From positions 69,626-133,625 of the forward strand of contig CALAOR010000076.1 in NCBI GenBank assembly GCA_937889595.1: DNA of 64,000 nt, written 5' to 3'. This DNA is from an uncultured bacterium (GTDB lineage: Bacteria; Oederibacteriota; PGYV01; Palsa-1178). The position numbers and the translations under genes were made by a program. Each line of letters begins with the position of its first letter. Position 1 is the first letter of the stretch. This document shows, piece after piece, positions 39,741-50,806 of the stretch. Under the pieces are notes generated by a model. It saw only the letters and a program-made list of their open reading frames with translations. It made no database searches and was not told the origin of the DNA.

Positions 39741-40632
39741 GAAAATCAGGAATTCTTTTCTTTACGCGTTTATTGTGCTGCTTAAGTGCATAATATTTTT
39801 TATACCATGGCCGGCGGGCCGGAATATAGGCGGATTTATAGGGTTTGTTTTTTACATTTTTGCGCCAAAAGAAAGGAATAAAATATTCAGGAACCTGGAT
39901 ATAGTTTACGGCAAAGGCGCCATGAACACGGAAGAGAAGGTCCTTTTCGCAAAAAAGGTCTGCGGGAACCTGGGTATCGGAGTTTTTGAATTCGCAAAAT
40001 TTTCCATGTGGACACCGGAAAAAATATCGTCACTGGTTAAGGAAGTACAGGGCATTGAGTACCTGGAAAAAGCGGTTAAGGAGGGCAGGTCCTACATATC
40101 CATAACGCCGCACTTGGCAAACTGGGAACTGGTTCCTATTTACGCCAAATGTAAATTCGGCTGGCCCAGGGTCGGGGCCATAGGCAAAAAAATATTTGAC
40201 CCACGGCTTGAAAGAATAGTTCATGCCACAAGGGTTAATTCGGGATATGAAATATTTGACAAGGACAATATTTCCCGGGAAATGATAAAAGGCCTCAAAA
40301 GCGGTTTAATGGCGCTGGGCGTGCTGGTTGACCAGGATACTTCCGTAGAAAGCATGATCATACCTTTTCTCGGGATCCCAGCCAAAACGCCGGTCGCGCC
40401 GGCGATACTCGCGAAAAAATATTCAACGTACATAGGCACCGTGTTCATAATAAGGCGGGACGACGGATATTATAAGATGGTGGTTAATAAGCCGTTTATC
40501 CCGGATATAAATGATTCTGTCAAATCAATTGCTTTAAGATATAATGATGAAATAAGCGCGATGATCAGAAAATACCCGCATCAGTGGGTCTGGATACATG
40601 AAAGATGGAAAAGCACAATAAACGCAATCTGA
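39721..40632 (+). CDS. lipid A biosynthesis late acyltransferase (LpxL/HtrB family)
   Basis: ITPHLANWE acyltransferase motif and an N-terminal transmembrane helix. Confidence 0.7.
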   Translation: MKNPFFKKIRNSFLYAFIVLLKCIIFFIPWPAGRNIGGFIGFVFYIFAPKERNKIFRNLDIVYGKGAMNTEEKVLFAKKVCGNLGIGVFEFAKFSMWTPEKISSLVKEVQGIEYLEKAVKEGRSYISITPHLANWELVPIYAKCKFGWPRVGAIGKKIFDPRLERIVHATRVNSGYEIFDKDNISREMIKGLKSGLMALGVLVDQDTSVESMIIPFLGIPAKTPVAPAILAKKYSTYIGTVFIIRRDDGYYKMVVNKPFIPDINDSVKSIALRYNDEISAMIRKYPHQWVWIHERWKSTINAI

Positions 40633-40647
40633 ATTTTAAAGGTGAAA

Positions 40648-41208
40648 ATGAAAAAGACCATTTTAATATCAGTTGTCATGGCGGTTTTAGCGTTGACCCA
40701 GGGGTGCGGCGGTGAAAAAAAATTACAGCCGAGCCTGCCGGTCGGTAATAAGGCCGAGGATATACCCAACTATGTCATAGAGGGGTTTAAGCTCATGTCC
40801 ACAGACAAGGGGAAAAAAGATTGGGAGATAGAAGGAAAGAACGCCCAGGTTTTTGAAATGAAAAAAAGGATATTTGTACAGAATTTTACAATGAAAACTT
40901 TTGAGAAATCAGGGGTTTATTCCACCACTACGGGCAAAAGGGCCGTAATACAGACGGACACAAATTTTATGGAAATAGATGATAATGTCGTGTATACGGC
41001 CTACAACGGTATGGTTTTAAAAACAGAGAAACTTTTCTGGGATAACGCGCATAAAAAAATATATTCCGATGAACAGGTTATAATAATCAAGGAACAGTCG
41101 GTCCTAAAAGGAATAGGATTTGAATCGGACGCGTCCATGCAGAACATGGTAATTAAAAAGCAGGTCAGGCTGACGGCAAAAGACATGCAGGAGGCGGGCA
41201 AGCAATGA
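40648..41208 (+). CDS. lptC: LPS export protein LptC-like
   Basis: N-terminal anchor plus an OstA-like fold, in the position between kdsC and lptA. An AGGTGA ribosome-binding site precedes it. Confidence 0.6.
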   Translation: MKKTILISVVMAVLALTQGCGGEKKLQPSLPVGNKAEDIPNYVIEGFKLMSTDKGKKDWEIEGKNAQVFEMKKRIFVQNFTMKTFEKSGVYSTTTGKRAVIQTDTNFMEIDDNVVYTAYNGMVLKTEKLFWDNAHKKIYSDEQVIIIKEQSVLKGIGFESDASMQNMVIKKQVRLTAKDMQEAGKQ

Positions 41209-42071
41209 AAGCCGCCGTCGGAATCCTGCTTGCGGCTCTGTTTGTATTCCTGCAGTCCTGTGCTGCCCCGGAAACAATAAAAAAGACAGATGCCGCAGTG
41301 AACCTGAAGCCGGCGGCTTTTGCCGGGTCTGTGACAAAGACCGCGGCGGGCGCGTCTCCCGTGGCTGATAAAACGCCGGCTCCTGCGGCCCCGGCCCGGA
41401 AAGATAAATTCAGGATAAAACAGCTTATCATAAATTCAGACACAATGAATTACAACAAGGAGACTTCCGAAGCGGTTTTCCACGGGCATGTGGAAGCTGA
41501 AGCTTCCAACGTGATGATAAAAGCGGATCAGCTCACAAGCAAGGATTACAGGAAAAGCGCGCAGGCCGTGGGCCATGTAAGCGCGTTTTATAAGGACCAG
41601 GGAGTTACCATAGACTGCGGCAGGCTGGATTATAAGGATAAACTCTCGCTTGTATACGCTTATGACGATGTCACGGCGCACAAGACACTGGCAAACGGGG
41701 ATACAGTCGTCCTCAAGGCCGAAGAGCTGAGTTTTAACGCCGCGGATAATGTCCTCACGGCTAAAAAGGTAAAAAAGAGGATAAGGATAACCATGAAAGA
41801 TATAATAGCCTTTTCAGATGAAGTGAGATACAATGACGCAACAAGGGAAATGCTTTTAACGGGATTTCCGCTGGTAAAGAAGGCAAAAAGCATAATGCTG
41901 GCGGAAAGCATTATGATGAACGTTGACAAAAAATCCATGAAGCTGACGCAGAATATATGGACCAAGTTATTCTACAAGGATTTTGAAACCGCCCAAAAGG
42001 AGGTGAAAGTTGAGACAGATAAAAACGGAGCATCTGGTAAAGATGTACAACAAAAAGCGGGTAGTAAATGA
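41205..42071 (+). CDS. lptA: LPS transport periplasmic protein LptA-like (OstA_N domain)
   Basis: Signal peptide and an OstA-like beta-jellyroll, located upstream of lptB. Confidence 0.6.
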   Translation: MKAAVGILLAALFVFLQSCAAPETIKKTDAAVNLKPAAFAGSVTKTAAGASPVADKTPAPAAPARKDKFRIKQLIINSDTMNYNKETSEAVFHGHVEAEASNVMIKADQLTSKDYRKSAQAVGHVSAFYKDQGVTIDCGRLDYKDKLSLVYAYDDVTAHKTLANGDTVVLKAEELSFNAADNVLTAKKVKKRIRITMKDIIAFSDEVRYNDATREMLLTGFPLVKKAKSIMLAESIMMNVDKKSMKLTQNIWTKLFYKDFETAQKEVKVETDKNGASGKDVQQKAGSK

Positions 42072-42756
42072 CGTAAATATAGAAGTAAATGAAGGCGAGA
42101 TAGTGGGCCTGCTTGGCCCTAATGGCGCTGGGAAAACCACGACTTTTTATATGATCCTGGGCATAATACAGCCTGATATGGGCAAGATATACCTGGAAGA
42201 GGGCGATAAGAAAGACAGGAAAATAACAGATATAACCGATATGGCCATGTTCAAAAGGGCAAGGCTTGGTATGTCTTATCTGGCCCAGGAACCTTCCATA
42301 TTCAGGCAATTAACTGTTGAAGAGAACATAAAGGCCGTGCTTGAATTCATGGATATTACACAGGCTGAGCGCGACAAAAAACTGGAACACCTGCTTGAAG
42401 AATTTAAAATATCGCATTTAAGGAAGCAAAAAGCTTACACATTATCAGGCGGAGAGCGCCGCAGGACCGAGATAGCCAGGGCGCTGGTATTGTCCCCTAA
42501 GTTCATACTTTTGGACGAGCCTTTTGTGGGCATAGACCCGATAGCAGTCAATGATATACAGAATATAATAAGGGACCTGAAAAAAAAGGGGATAGGTATA
42601 CTTATCACCGACCATAATGTCAGGGAAACACTGTCAATAACCGACAGGGCTTATATCCTCTACGAAGGCAAAATATTGCTTCACGGCACGGCGGCCAAGC
42701 TTAGCAAGGACAAAAAAGCAAGGGAAATATATCTGGGAGAAAAATTTACCCTATGA
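42010..42756 (+). CDS. lptB: LPS export ABC transporter ATP-binding protein LptB
   Basis: [26 protein letters not shown] matches E. coli LptB. TTG start. Confidence 0.85.
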   Translation: MRQIKTEHLVKMYNKKRVVNDVNIEVNEGEIVGLLGPNGAGKTTTFYMILGIIQPDMGKIYLEEGDKKDRKITDITDMAMFKRARLGMSYLAQEPSIFRQLTVEENIKAVLEFMDITQAERDKKLEHLLEEFKISHLRKQKAYTLSGGERRRTEIARALVLSPKFILLDEPFVGIDPIAVNDIQNIIRDLKKKGIGILITDHNVRETLSITDRAYILYEGKILLHGTAAKLSKDKKAREIYLGEKFTL

Positions 42757-44780
42757 CAAGGCTGAATGGCGCGGGTTTGACAGCCGCGGCGCTGGTCTTT
42801 GTCATGACACCCTCTTTTGCGTCCGCATCAGCCGTGGAAAAATACTACTCCGATCCCGTTGAAAATTCCATATCTGATTTTTCCCGTGAAGCGTCTTCAG
42901 ACAGCCTTAATAAAATGAAACAATTTGAGCTGGCCTCCGTCCTCAAGGAATTCGGGCGTAATAAGGAGGCGCTTGACGCGTACAAACAGATCATAGGCAC
43001 CGTTGAAAATGAAAACAGGGCGCGGTTTGAAATGGCAAAAACATATTATTTCACCGGAGATTACGCGCAAGCCGAAGAGGAAATTAAAAATCTTGTTTTC
43101 AAGAATATAGTCAACTGGGAAGTCTACTACTGGTGGGGCTGCATTCTTCTGGAATCGGGAAAACTGCCGGAGGCCGAGGAAAAGTTCAACAAGGCCGTTG
43201 AGACGGACCCGGAAAAAAATATCACATACATAAAACTCGGGCAGCTTTTTGAAAAAACCGGGGACTTAAGCAGGGCAATCCTCAATTACAAGCTTGGGAT
43301 CAAACACGATAAAACATACACGGAACTTAACAGGAAAATAGCGCAGCTTTACGAGCTTAAAAATGAAAATGTAAACGCCTACAGTTACTGGCGCAAAGTC
43401 GGCGACATAGACGCTGCGGACAAGATGGCGATACAAAAGACAAACGGATTCATGGCAAACATACCTTTCCTGCGGCTAAAAGCAAAAGAGTACGAGGAAT
43501 TAAAAAAAGTCCAGCGGGCGCAGATAATCCCGCCGGATAAAGCACTGGTGTCCAACAACGGCGGTATCGCCCTGATAAAAGTGGGGCTCATGGAAGGGGC
43601 CGCTTCCATCAGTTTTAAATGCGGGAGCGATTTTGATTTTGTAAATGACCGCTCTGAATCAATTTTCAAAGGCTATAAACTGGCTGAATATTTTTTTGAA
43701 TATGACAGGATGAAAAAAGAGCCGTATTTTTCCGACGGAAAGGAAAAGATCTACTTCAAGCGCGATATGTATGTCTCACGGTACAATCCAGAGGCGTCAA
43801 CGACCGTGTATAATGTCCAGTATGCCGAAGGGTTTTACTGGTCGGAGAAAAAAGATACAACTTACAGTGGCGATTTTTTGGTCAGGTTCCAGGACAATGG
43901 ATTTACGCTGATAAATATAGTGAATATGGAAGAATACCTTTACGGCGTGGTCCCGTCCGAAATGCCGCCGTCATGGCCGCAGGAAGCCTTAAAAGCCCAG
44001 GCGGTGGCGGCCCGCACATATACTTTCCAGCACATGGACAGGCACCGCAAAAAAGGCTATGATGTATGCAGCCAGCAGCATTGCGCTGTTTATACGGGTT
44101 TAAACGGCGAGGATAAAAATTCAAACAGAGCCGTGGATGATACCAGAGGGCAGATACTTTACGGTTCAAATTATAAGATACTCGATACATTTTATTCGCA
44201 CGACTGCGGCGGCCACACCCAGGACGTAAACGAGGTTTGGGGCCTGAAAAAAGTCGCGTCATTAGCGGGTATTTATGACGGCAAGAACAGGCAGTGGGAT
44301 TTCCCGCTTTCGCCTTTTTATCTTGAAGAATACGTGCGCACAAAACCCGATGTCTATTGCAAGGCGGGGGGCGCGATAGAAACAAGTTTCAGGTGGATCA
44401 GGTATCTTGACGCAGCCTCGCTTTCATATTATATTGATAAAAATAACGAATTAGGCAGGATAAGGGAAATAAAACCGGTGCGGCGGGCAAAAGGCGGCGC
44501 GCTGACAAAGGTTTATGTTGCCGGCGATAAAGGCAGTAAAACATACGGTTTTGATTCCATGAGGACGGCCTTGGGAAAGATCAGGTCAAATGTCATAAAA
44601 TGGGAATACATAAGCGATGAAAACGGCTACATAAAGGAAATATACATATATGGCGCGGGCTGGGGTCACGGGGTCGGCATGTGCCAGCGGGGTTTAAAGG
44701 GCATGGCAGATGATAACCAGCATTATGAAGGTATGCTTTACCATTATTTCCCGGGTTCATACATAAAAAACAAATATTGA
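42753..44780 (+). CDS. TPR-repeat plus SpoIID/LytB-domain protein
   Basis: N-terminal TPRs and a C-terminal [17 protein letters not shown] SpoIID signature. Confidence 0.75.
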   Translation: MTRLNGAGLTAAALVFVMTPSFASASAVEKYYSDPVENSISDFSREASSDSLNKMKQFELASVLKEFGRNKEALDAYKQIIGTVENENRARFEMAKTYYFTGDYAQAEEEIKNLVFKNIVNWEVYYWWGCILLESGKLPEAEEKFNKAVETDPEKNITYIKLGQLFEKTGDLSRAILNYKLGIKHDKTYTELNRKIAQLYELKNENVNAYSYWRKVGDIDAADKMAIQKTNGFMANIPFLRLKAKEYEELKKVQRAQIIPPDKALVSNNGGIALIKVGLMEGAASISFKCGSDFDFVNDRSESIFKGYKLAEYFFEYDRMKKEPYFSDGKEKIYFKRDMYVSRYNPEASTTVYNVQYAEGFYWSEKKDTTYSGDFLVRFQDNGFTLINIVNMEEYLYGVVPSEMPPSWPQEALKAQAVAARTYTFQHMDRHRKKGYDVCSQQHCAVYTGLNGEDKNSNRAVDDTRGQILYGSNYKILDTFYSHDCGGHTQDVNEVWGLKKVASLAGIYDGKNRQWDFPLSPFYLEEYVRTKPDVYCKAGGAIETSFRWIRYLDAASLSYYIDKNNELGRIREIKPVRRAKGGALTKVYVAGDKGSKTYGFDSMRTALGKIRSNVIKWEYISDENGYIKEIYIYGAGWGHGVGMCQRGLKGMADDNQHYEGMLYHYFPGSYIKNKY

Positions 44781-44891
44781 TTCATAAGTAAAATTATATT
44801 ATTATACGATACAGCGGTAGGGGCGGACCTGTGTGTCCGCCCGCTGCGGGCTTTATGACTACTGCGAATGGTACATGGCCTTAATGATAGG

Positions 44892-44995
44892 TCGTGTCCG
44901 GCGCGGATGAAATTTTTCTATGGATTGTGCGCTTGTATTATAAGGGTTTTAGTGGCGCACAGGCCATAGAAAAATTTCATCCGCGCCGGACACGA
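44892..44995. repeat. 104-bp palindromic element: perfect 32-bp inverted repeat around a 40-nt loop containing GTATTATAAG
   Basis: 44892-44923 is the exact reverse complement of 44964-44995. A nested GTGCGC/GCGCAC stem lies in the loop. Confidence 0.85.
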
Positions 44996-45126
44996 TAAAG
45001 AATTTCATGGTTTTATAGGGTTTTCCGACAGTAAGATATAGGCTGTGAAAAAAAATTGGCGGTCCAAGCACCGTTCTTACGAAGTCGCGCAAGCTGGTTT
45101 GAAAACACTGGAAAAGAGGTTTTATT

Positions 45127-46107
45127 ATGGAATTTCAGCCATATCCATTGACGGTTAAGCCGATCTTAAAGGAAAAAGTGTGGGGCGGCAGGAACCTGTC
45201 CGCCTATGTCAGCATAAAAAGCAAAAAAACAGGCGAGGCGTGGATGCTTGCTGACCGGGATGAAAACAACTCGGTTATTACCTCGGGGTCATTAAAAGGA
45301 ATGACCATAGGCAAAGCCGTTGAAAAATACCCCGAGCAGATCATGGGGCCGGCCCTTATTAAAAAGTACGGTAAAAAATTCCCGCTGTTATTTAAGTACC
45401 TTGACACCAATGACAGGATATCAGTGCAGGTACACCCCGATGATTCATACGCCAGGCGCCGCGGTTTTCCCGCGGGCAAGACTGAAATGTGGTATGTGCT
45501 GGCCAATAGGCCGGGTGCAAAGATACTTGCCGGTTTTAAGGGCAGGCAAACAAGGAAAACTTTTGCCAGGGCCGTCAAGAACGGGACCCTTGCCGATAAA
45601 CTTAAAAGTTACCGCACCGCCAAAAACGACTGTTTTTTTATCCCGGCCGGCACGGTCCATGCCATAGGCAAAGGCAACGTGATATTTGAGATACAGCAGA
45701 ATTCGGATATAACCTACAGGATTTATGACTGGGGAAGATCCGACTTAAAAGGGGACCGCGGCCTTAATATTATTGACGCTATAAACTCGGTAAAGTTCGG
45801 TTCAAAAGGCGGAAAAGTCATATCAAAGGAGAAAATAATTCCCGGCAAAATACGCGTCCGGCAGCTGGCAAGGTGCGGATATTTTTACTGCGACGAGATA
45901 ATAATCGGGAAAAACACGGCATATTGGTATGATGAGAACAAGGCTTTGGTATTAACGGTAATTGAAGGGGATATCAGTATCGCGGCCGATAATGGAAAAA
46001 CTTACAGTTATGTCAAAGGCGACCTTGTTTTTTTTCCCTATAGCCTGACGGGACTGCTGATTTCCGCGGCAAAAAACAGTCGTTTAATCATCACGGAGGC
46101 AAAATAA
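45127..46107 (+). CDS. manA: mannose-6-phosphate isomerase, class I
   Basis: Type I PMI cupin motifs (QVHPDDSYA, GKTEMWYVL). Confidence 0.8.
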   Translation: MEFQPYPLTVKPILKEKVWGGRNLSAYVSIKSKKTGEAWMLADRDENNSVITSGSLKGMTIGKAVEKYPEQIMGPALIKKYGKKFPLLFKYLDTNDRISVQVHPDDSYARRRGFPAGKTEMWYVLANRPGAKILAGFKGRQTRKTFARAVKNGTLADKLKSYRTAKNDCFFIPAGTVHAIGKGNVIFEIQQNSDITYRIYDWGRSDLKGDRGLNIIDAINSVKFGSKGGKVISKEKIIPGKIRVRQLARCGYFYCDEIIIGKNTAYWYDENKALVLTVIEGDISIAADNGKTYSYVKGDLVFFPYSLTGLLISAAKNSRLIITEAK

Positions 46108-46245
46108 AGGTTAAAAGACAGGAAAATATCCATAACCCTCTCAAAAAAAGCAGAAGACTTTCTTGTGGAAAAAGGATATGATGAAGTGTATGGCACAAGG
46201 CCGTTAAAGCGGGCAATGCAAAAATATATAGAAAAGGATAAAATC
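46108..46245 (+). pseudogene. in-frame remnant of a Clp/Hsp100 AAA+ ATPase C-terminus (…LSKKAEDFLVEKGYDEVYGTRPLKRAMQKYIE)
   Basis: Matches the ClpB/ClpA C-terminal GYDPVYGARPLKRAIQ motif. It begins directly after the manA stop codon with no upstream body. Confidence 0.55.
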
Positions 46246-48933
46246 ATGATGAAAAGCAATAAATGGACGGTGGTACTGTTTACGCTGGCCTTAATAACCG
46301 TGATGAGGGTGGGCATAATGGCGAAGGATGACATTTTAAGGGAAAAACTTGACAACGGGCTGACTGTCATAATAAAGGAAAACCACGCGGCGCCCGTAGT
46401 TGCCGTGAATTTCTGGGTTAAAACCGGGGCTGCTTTTGAAAATGACGGCGAAAAAGGCCTGTCGCACTTTATTGAACACATGATGTTCAAAGGCACTGAA
46501 AAAAGGAAGGTCGGCGACATAGACAGGGAAATAAAATCACTGGGGGGCTATAATAACGCTTTTACTTCGTATGACGCCACGAATTATGTCTTAGTCCTTC
46601 CATCGGAACAGGTTGAAAAAGCGCTTGATATAGAGTACGACGCCCTGACGTCGTCGGTATTTGACGAGGCTGAGATGAACAAGGAGCGTGAGGTCATTAT
46701 AGCCGAACTTAACCGCGGGCTTGATAATCCCGATGCCTTCCTCTGGCAGAAGTTCATGAGCCTGGCTTTTGACAGGTATTATAAGGACCCCATCATAGGT
46801 TATGCGGGATCGCTTAAGGATTATACCCGGAACCAGCTGTATGATTACTATAAAAAATATTACACGGTTGACAACCTGATAATCGTGGTCAGCGGGGACG
46901 TCGATAAAAACAAGGTGCTGGGCAGTATTAAGAAAACCTTCGGGGCCTTAAAACCGGCTGAACCCAGGAGGCAGGCTGATATATCGCCCATACAGGGCCC
47001 GGAAAAACAGGAACTGCGTTATAAAACTTACAGCGGCCAGATCGAAGGCCGTTACCTTGCGGTCGGGTTTATGATACCTGACGCGCTCTCCGCCGATATC
47101 CCCAAACTGGAGATACTGGCAAAAGCGCTCGGCGGCTCGGAGAGTTCGCCTTTGTACAGGGTGATCAAGGAAGAGAAACAGCTTGTGGACGACATAGACT
47201 GCGACATATTTTCCGGAAAATTCGGCGGGCTTTTTGTTATAGCCGCGAATGTTCGCGAAGGCAAATACGCGGAAGTCATGCAGGAAATTTTTGTCCAGCT
47301 TGATAAGTTAAGGCTGGAAGGCATAAAGAACGAGGAAATAATGCGGGTAAAGGCCGATATAGCAAGGGAAGAGTCAAAGGATAACATGCAGGTGGAAAGC
47401 GCCGCAATTAATCTCGGCCATTATGAACTCCTGGGCGACTACAACCTGTATTATAAATACAATGACGCCGTAAAAAGGGTGCTGGACACGGATTTAAAGG
47501 AAGTCATGGCCCGGTATTTAAATCCCCAGTCCGCAAGCATAGTGCTCTATTACCCGGAGAAAAAAGAGGCTGAGTTTAAGAAATACAAGTCCGCGGATGA
47601 TATTAAGAAATACGTTAATTATACAAGCCCTGAAAAAGTATCGGAAGAGGGCAAAGTGACAAAGACCGTGCTGCCAAACGGGATCACGCTCATACATAAA
47701 AAGCTTACCAATGCCGGCATAGTGGACATAAAAGCCGAGTACCGCGGCGGCATCGTGTATGAAAGCGCGGACCAGGGTTATTACAAGGGCATTACCAACC
47801 TGATGCTGTCATCCATGATGAAGGGAACCAAGACAATGGATTACAGCGAGATAGCAAGGCGGCTGGATGATCTGGGCGCGGTGCTGGGCCGTGACATAAA
47901 ACGGGATGCTTTTGGATGGACGGCCGAGGTGGTGCCCGCAAACCTCGCGGAATTCATGGATATTTTTTCGGATATTAACATAAACCCTTCCTTTCCCGTG
48001 GAAGAGGTAAAAAAAGAAAAAGAGGATGTTTTAAACCAGATAAAACAGATAAAAGACAGCCCCGCCTCATACCTGAATAAGATCTTTAATGAACTTTTCT
48101 TTGAGTGGCACCCCTATGGGTATCCTATGATGGGTGAACCTGATACGATAAAAAGGATAACGGTGAACAAACTGAAAGACTGGCACGACAGGTATATGAC
48201 GGCTGATAACCTGATAATATCCGTGGTAGGCGATGTGGATGCGGACTATATAAAATCCCTGTTAAAAGAGAAGTTTGCGGGTTTAAAAAACGGCAAGGAA
48301 TCGCGGCCCAAACTGCCGGTGAAAATAACCACCGAAAAAAAGATGTTGAGGGAAGTCATCGACAAGAACCAGTCGCACATCATGATAGGTTTTCTCGGCC
48401 CCAAAACAAACAGCAGTGATTATTTCCCGATGCGGGTGCTGGACAACATATTAAGCGGCGGCATGTCCTCGAGGCTTTTCACGGAAATAAGGGAAAAGAG
48501 GAACCTGTGTTACACGGTTTATTCGACATTTGACAGGAACATAGAAAACGGCGCGTTCAGGATATATACGGCCACTTCCCCTGAAAATGAGAAAAAAGCT
48601 GTTGATGAGATATTTGACGTATTACGGGAACTGACGGACAAGGGAGTGACCGACGAGGAAGTTAAAAGCGCCAAAAGTTATATAAGCGGCATGTTCAAGG
48701 TAGGCCTCCAGGATTACATGGCCCAGGCCGATTCTTACCTGTCCTATGAGCTCTGGGGCATGGGTTACAAAAAGGTCGATGAGTTCCTTACTGAGATCAA
48801 CAAGGTGACAAAGGCGGATGTAAACGCCGCCGTTAAAAAGTTCATTAAACTCAATAACTACACGCAGGTCATAGTGGGGCCGGCGGAAAAGAAAGGAAAA
48901 AAAGATGATAAAAATCCAAAATCTGAGCAGTAA
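46246..48933 (+). CDS. secreted tandem M16 (pitrilysin/insulinase-family) zinc peptidase
   Basis: HFIEHMMFKG inverted zinc motif, with a second inactive half. The signal peptide begins at MMKSNKW. Confidence 0.85.
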   Translation: MMKSNKWTVVLFTLALITVMRVGIMAKDDILREKLDNGLTVIIKENHAAPVVAVNFWVKTGAAFENDGEKGLSHFIEHMMFKGTEKRKVGDIDREIKSLGGYNNAFTSYDATNYVLVLPSEQVEKALDIEYDALTSSVFDEAEMNKEREVIIAELNRGLDNPDAFLWQKFMSLAFDRYYKDPIIGYAGSLKDYTRNQLYDYYKKYYTVDNLIIVVSGDVDKNKVLGSIKKTFGALKPAEPRRQADISPIQGPEKQELRYKTYSGQIEGRYLAVGFMIPDALSADIPKLEILAKALGGSESSPLYRVIKEEKQLVDDIDCDIFSGKFGGLFVIAANVREGKYAEVMQEIFVQLDKLRLEGIKNEEIMRVKADIAREESKDNMQVESAAINLGHYELLGDYNLYYKYNDAVKRVLDTDLKEVMARYLNPQSASIVLYYPEKKEAEFKKYKSADDIKKYVNYTSPEKVSEEGKVTKTVLPNGITLIHKKLTNAGIVDIKAEYRGGIVYESADQGYYKGITNLMLSSMMKGTKTMDYSEIARRLDDLGAVLGRDIKRDAFGWTAEVVPANLAEFMDIFSDININPSFPVEEVKKEKEDVLNQIKQIKDSPASYLNKIFNELFFEWHPYGYPMMGEPDTIKRITVNKLKDWHDRYMTADNLIISVVGDVDADYIKSLLKEKFAGLKNGKESRPKLPVKITTEKKMLREVIDKNQSHIMIGFLGPKTNSSDYFPMRVLDNILSGGMSSRLFTEIREKRNLCYTVYSTFDRNIENGAFRIYTATSPENEKKAVDEIFDVLRELTDKGVTDEEVKSAKSYISGMFKVGLQDYMAQADSYLSYELWGMGYKKVDEFLTEINKVTKADVNAAVKKFIKLNNYTQVIVGPAEKKGKKDDKNPKSEQ

Positions 48934-49318
48934 AACGTTCTCTAAATTCGGGCTGGTGCTGGAACAGGCGGACAAAAAAAAGGTTTTCTCGGTCTTAACC
49001 GGGGACAAGACGGCTAAAGGCTGGAGGATAGGATACCTTATATTTCATCCCGCGCCCGTGGACTCCCTGGAGAGGCACCCTGGATCCATGGAAACTTTTG
49101 AACCGGTGTCTGGCGCCACTGTTATCCTTGTGGCGGAGCAGGGAAGCCCGGACAAGATAGAAGCGTTTTTGCTGGATAAGCCGGTATGCGTCGCAAAGAA
49201 CGTATGGCACGGCGTCAGGGTATTGTCTGAAAAAGCAGAGATCAAGATAACCGAAAATTACGAAGTGGAATCCGTCATCCATAAGCTGAAAAAACCCATA
49301 GACGCGGTTTTTGTTTAG
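48905..49318 (+). CDS. small cupin protein, ureidoglycolate-lyase-like
   Basis: LERHPGSMETFEPVSG resembles the AllA ERHP motif. Confidence 0.5.
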   Translation: MIKIQNLSSKTFSKFGLVLEQADKKKVFSVLTGDKTAKGWRIGYLIFHPAPVDSLERHPGSMETFEPVSGATVILVAEQGSPDKIEAFLLDKPVCVAKNVWHGVRVLSEKAEIKITENYEVESVIHKLKKPIDAVFV

Positions 49319-49344
49319 CGTTTCCGGGCGGAAACGGGAGGCAT

Positions 49345-50766
49345 ATGAATAAACAACTCAAAAAAATAACGGTCTATATAGTTGTTTTGGCTTTATTAAC
49401 CGTGGTATTCAGGGTTTTCAACCTGGATATTGCGGTGCAAAAATTATTTTTTGATTTTCCACGCAATGCCTGGAAATACGCGGATAATGCCTTTGTCATA
49501 TGGCTCTATAAATACGGGACATATCCGGCCATAATCCTGGCCGCGGCCGCGGTCGTGGTATTTACCATGGGATTTGTTTATGAGGGGATGAAAAAACACA
49601 GGAAAGCGGCGCTGCTTATCATATTGACCATGTTCATAGGTCCGGGGCTTGTGACCAACGTGATCCTGAAAAATTACGCCGGCAGGCCAAGGCCGAGGGA
49701 TGTGAAGGAATTCAACGGCGGGATGGATTTTAAGCAGCCGTTTGAGCCGGGGAACCCGGGCAGGGGCTTTTCTTTTCCCTGCGGACACTGCACCATGGGG
49801 TTCTTTTTTTATGCCGTTTATCTTATACTCAGGAAAAAAAATAAGCGTGCGTCATATGCCGTGCTGTCCGGTTCGGTCTTATACGGCACTGCCATGGGGA
49901 TAGGGCGCATGGCACAGGGCGGGCATTTTGCTTCGGACGTTTTTTGGGCGGCCGGCATAACTGTTTTAACGGCGGAGACACTCCATACTTTTGTGATCAA
50001 GACGGATGAGACTGGAAGCATACTCGATCATATTAAGGTCAAAAATAAGGCCCTTGCGTATATTGCCTCGCTTTTATTACTGGCTGTTACCGCGTTTGTG
50101 TTTTTGAACGCAACGCCTTTCAACAGGCACAGAAAATACGCGATCGGATATTACCCGGGCGCCGAAATAATCGGCAGCAGGGCCGACATCACTGTCGGGG
50201 ACCGTCCAAATAAGGACGGCTCAATTGAGTTTAAGGCCGCCGGATTCGCGCCGCCATGGTCCGACTATGAAGATTTCATCAATACGGACGGAACCCTAAT
50301 TTACATGGCGACCGCCCGCGGCGCATTTTCCGAATTAAATGCGGGCATTAATGTCGTTTTTGCGGCAGGAAGAGAGCGGTCAGTTACCATAACTGCAGGA
50401 GAGGGAAACATAGATTATTATTCCGACGCCCAGTGCGGCTCCATATACTTAAATTCAGGAAAAGGCAATATAGAGTTCAAGCCTTTGTATGCGCATGAAA
50501 TAAAAAATATTGTTATTAATGCCGCGAACGGCGATGTTATACTTAAACTGGCGAAAACCATGAGGTTTTTCGCGGACGCCAAGATTGACATTAAAGCGCC
50601 GGGTGGGTCCGTGCTGATACAAAACAGCAGTATTTACTTCCAGGATATGAATAAATCAGCCTCAAAACTTTCGGGTTCAAAGGAACTGCAGTTTAAAACT
50701 CTTGTCAAGGGCGGACCGCAGCTGAATGCGTCGGCTAAAACCATAAATATTGAAGCTGTCAAATAA
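49345..50766 (+). CDS. PAP2-family membrane phosphatase with C-terminal beta-rich (adhesin/DUF4097-like) domain
   Basis: KNYAGRPRP, PCGH and GRMAQGGHFASD correspond to PAP2 motifs I-III. Confidence 0.7.
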   Translation: MNKQLKKITVYIVVLALLTVVFRVFNLDIAVQKLFFDFPRNAWKYADNAFVIWLYKYGTYPAIILAAAAVVVFTMGFVYEGMKKHRKAALLIILTMFIGPGLVTNVILKNYAGRPRPRDVKEFNGGMDFKQPFEPGNPGRGFSFPCGHCTMGFFFYAVYLILRKKNKRASYAVLSGSVLYGTAMGIGRMAQGGHFASDVFWAAGITVLTAETLHTFVIKTDETGSILDHIKVKNKALAYIASLLLLAVTAFVFLNATPFNRHRKYAIGYYPGAEIIGSRADITVGDRPNKDGSIEFKAAGFAPPWSDYEDFINTDGTLIYMATARGAFSELNAGINVVFAAGRERSVTITAGEGNIDYYSDAQCGSIYLNSGKGNIEFKPLYAHEIKNIVINAANGDVILKLAKTMRFFADAKIDIKAPGGSVLIQNSSIYFQDMNKSASKLSGSKELQFKTLVKGGPQLNASAKTINIEAVK

Positions 50767-50806
50767 ACATGGAAAATGCCTTAAATATTTTTTACAGGAG
50801 GATTGC

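Noticed and set aside
46165-46245. ORF-track start of the M16 peptidase at 46165 (MEKGYDEVYG...)
   Set aside because: The extra N-terminal residues match a Clp ATPase C-terminus and precede a canonical signal peptide starting MMKSNKW at 46246. It was treated as a gene remnant, not part of the peptidase.
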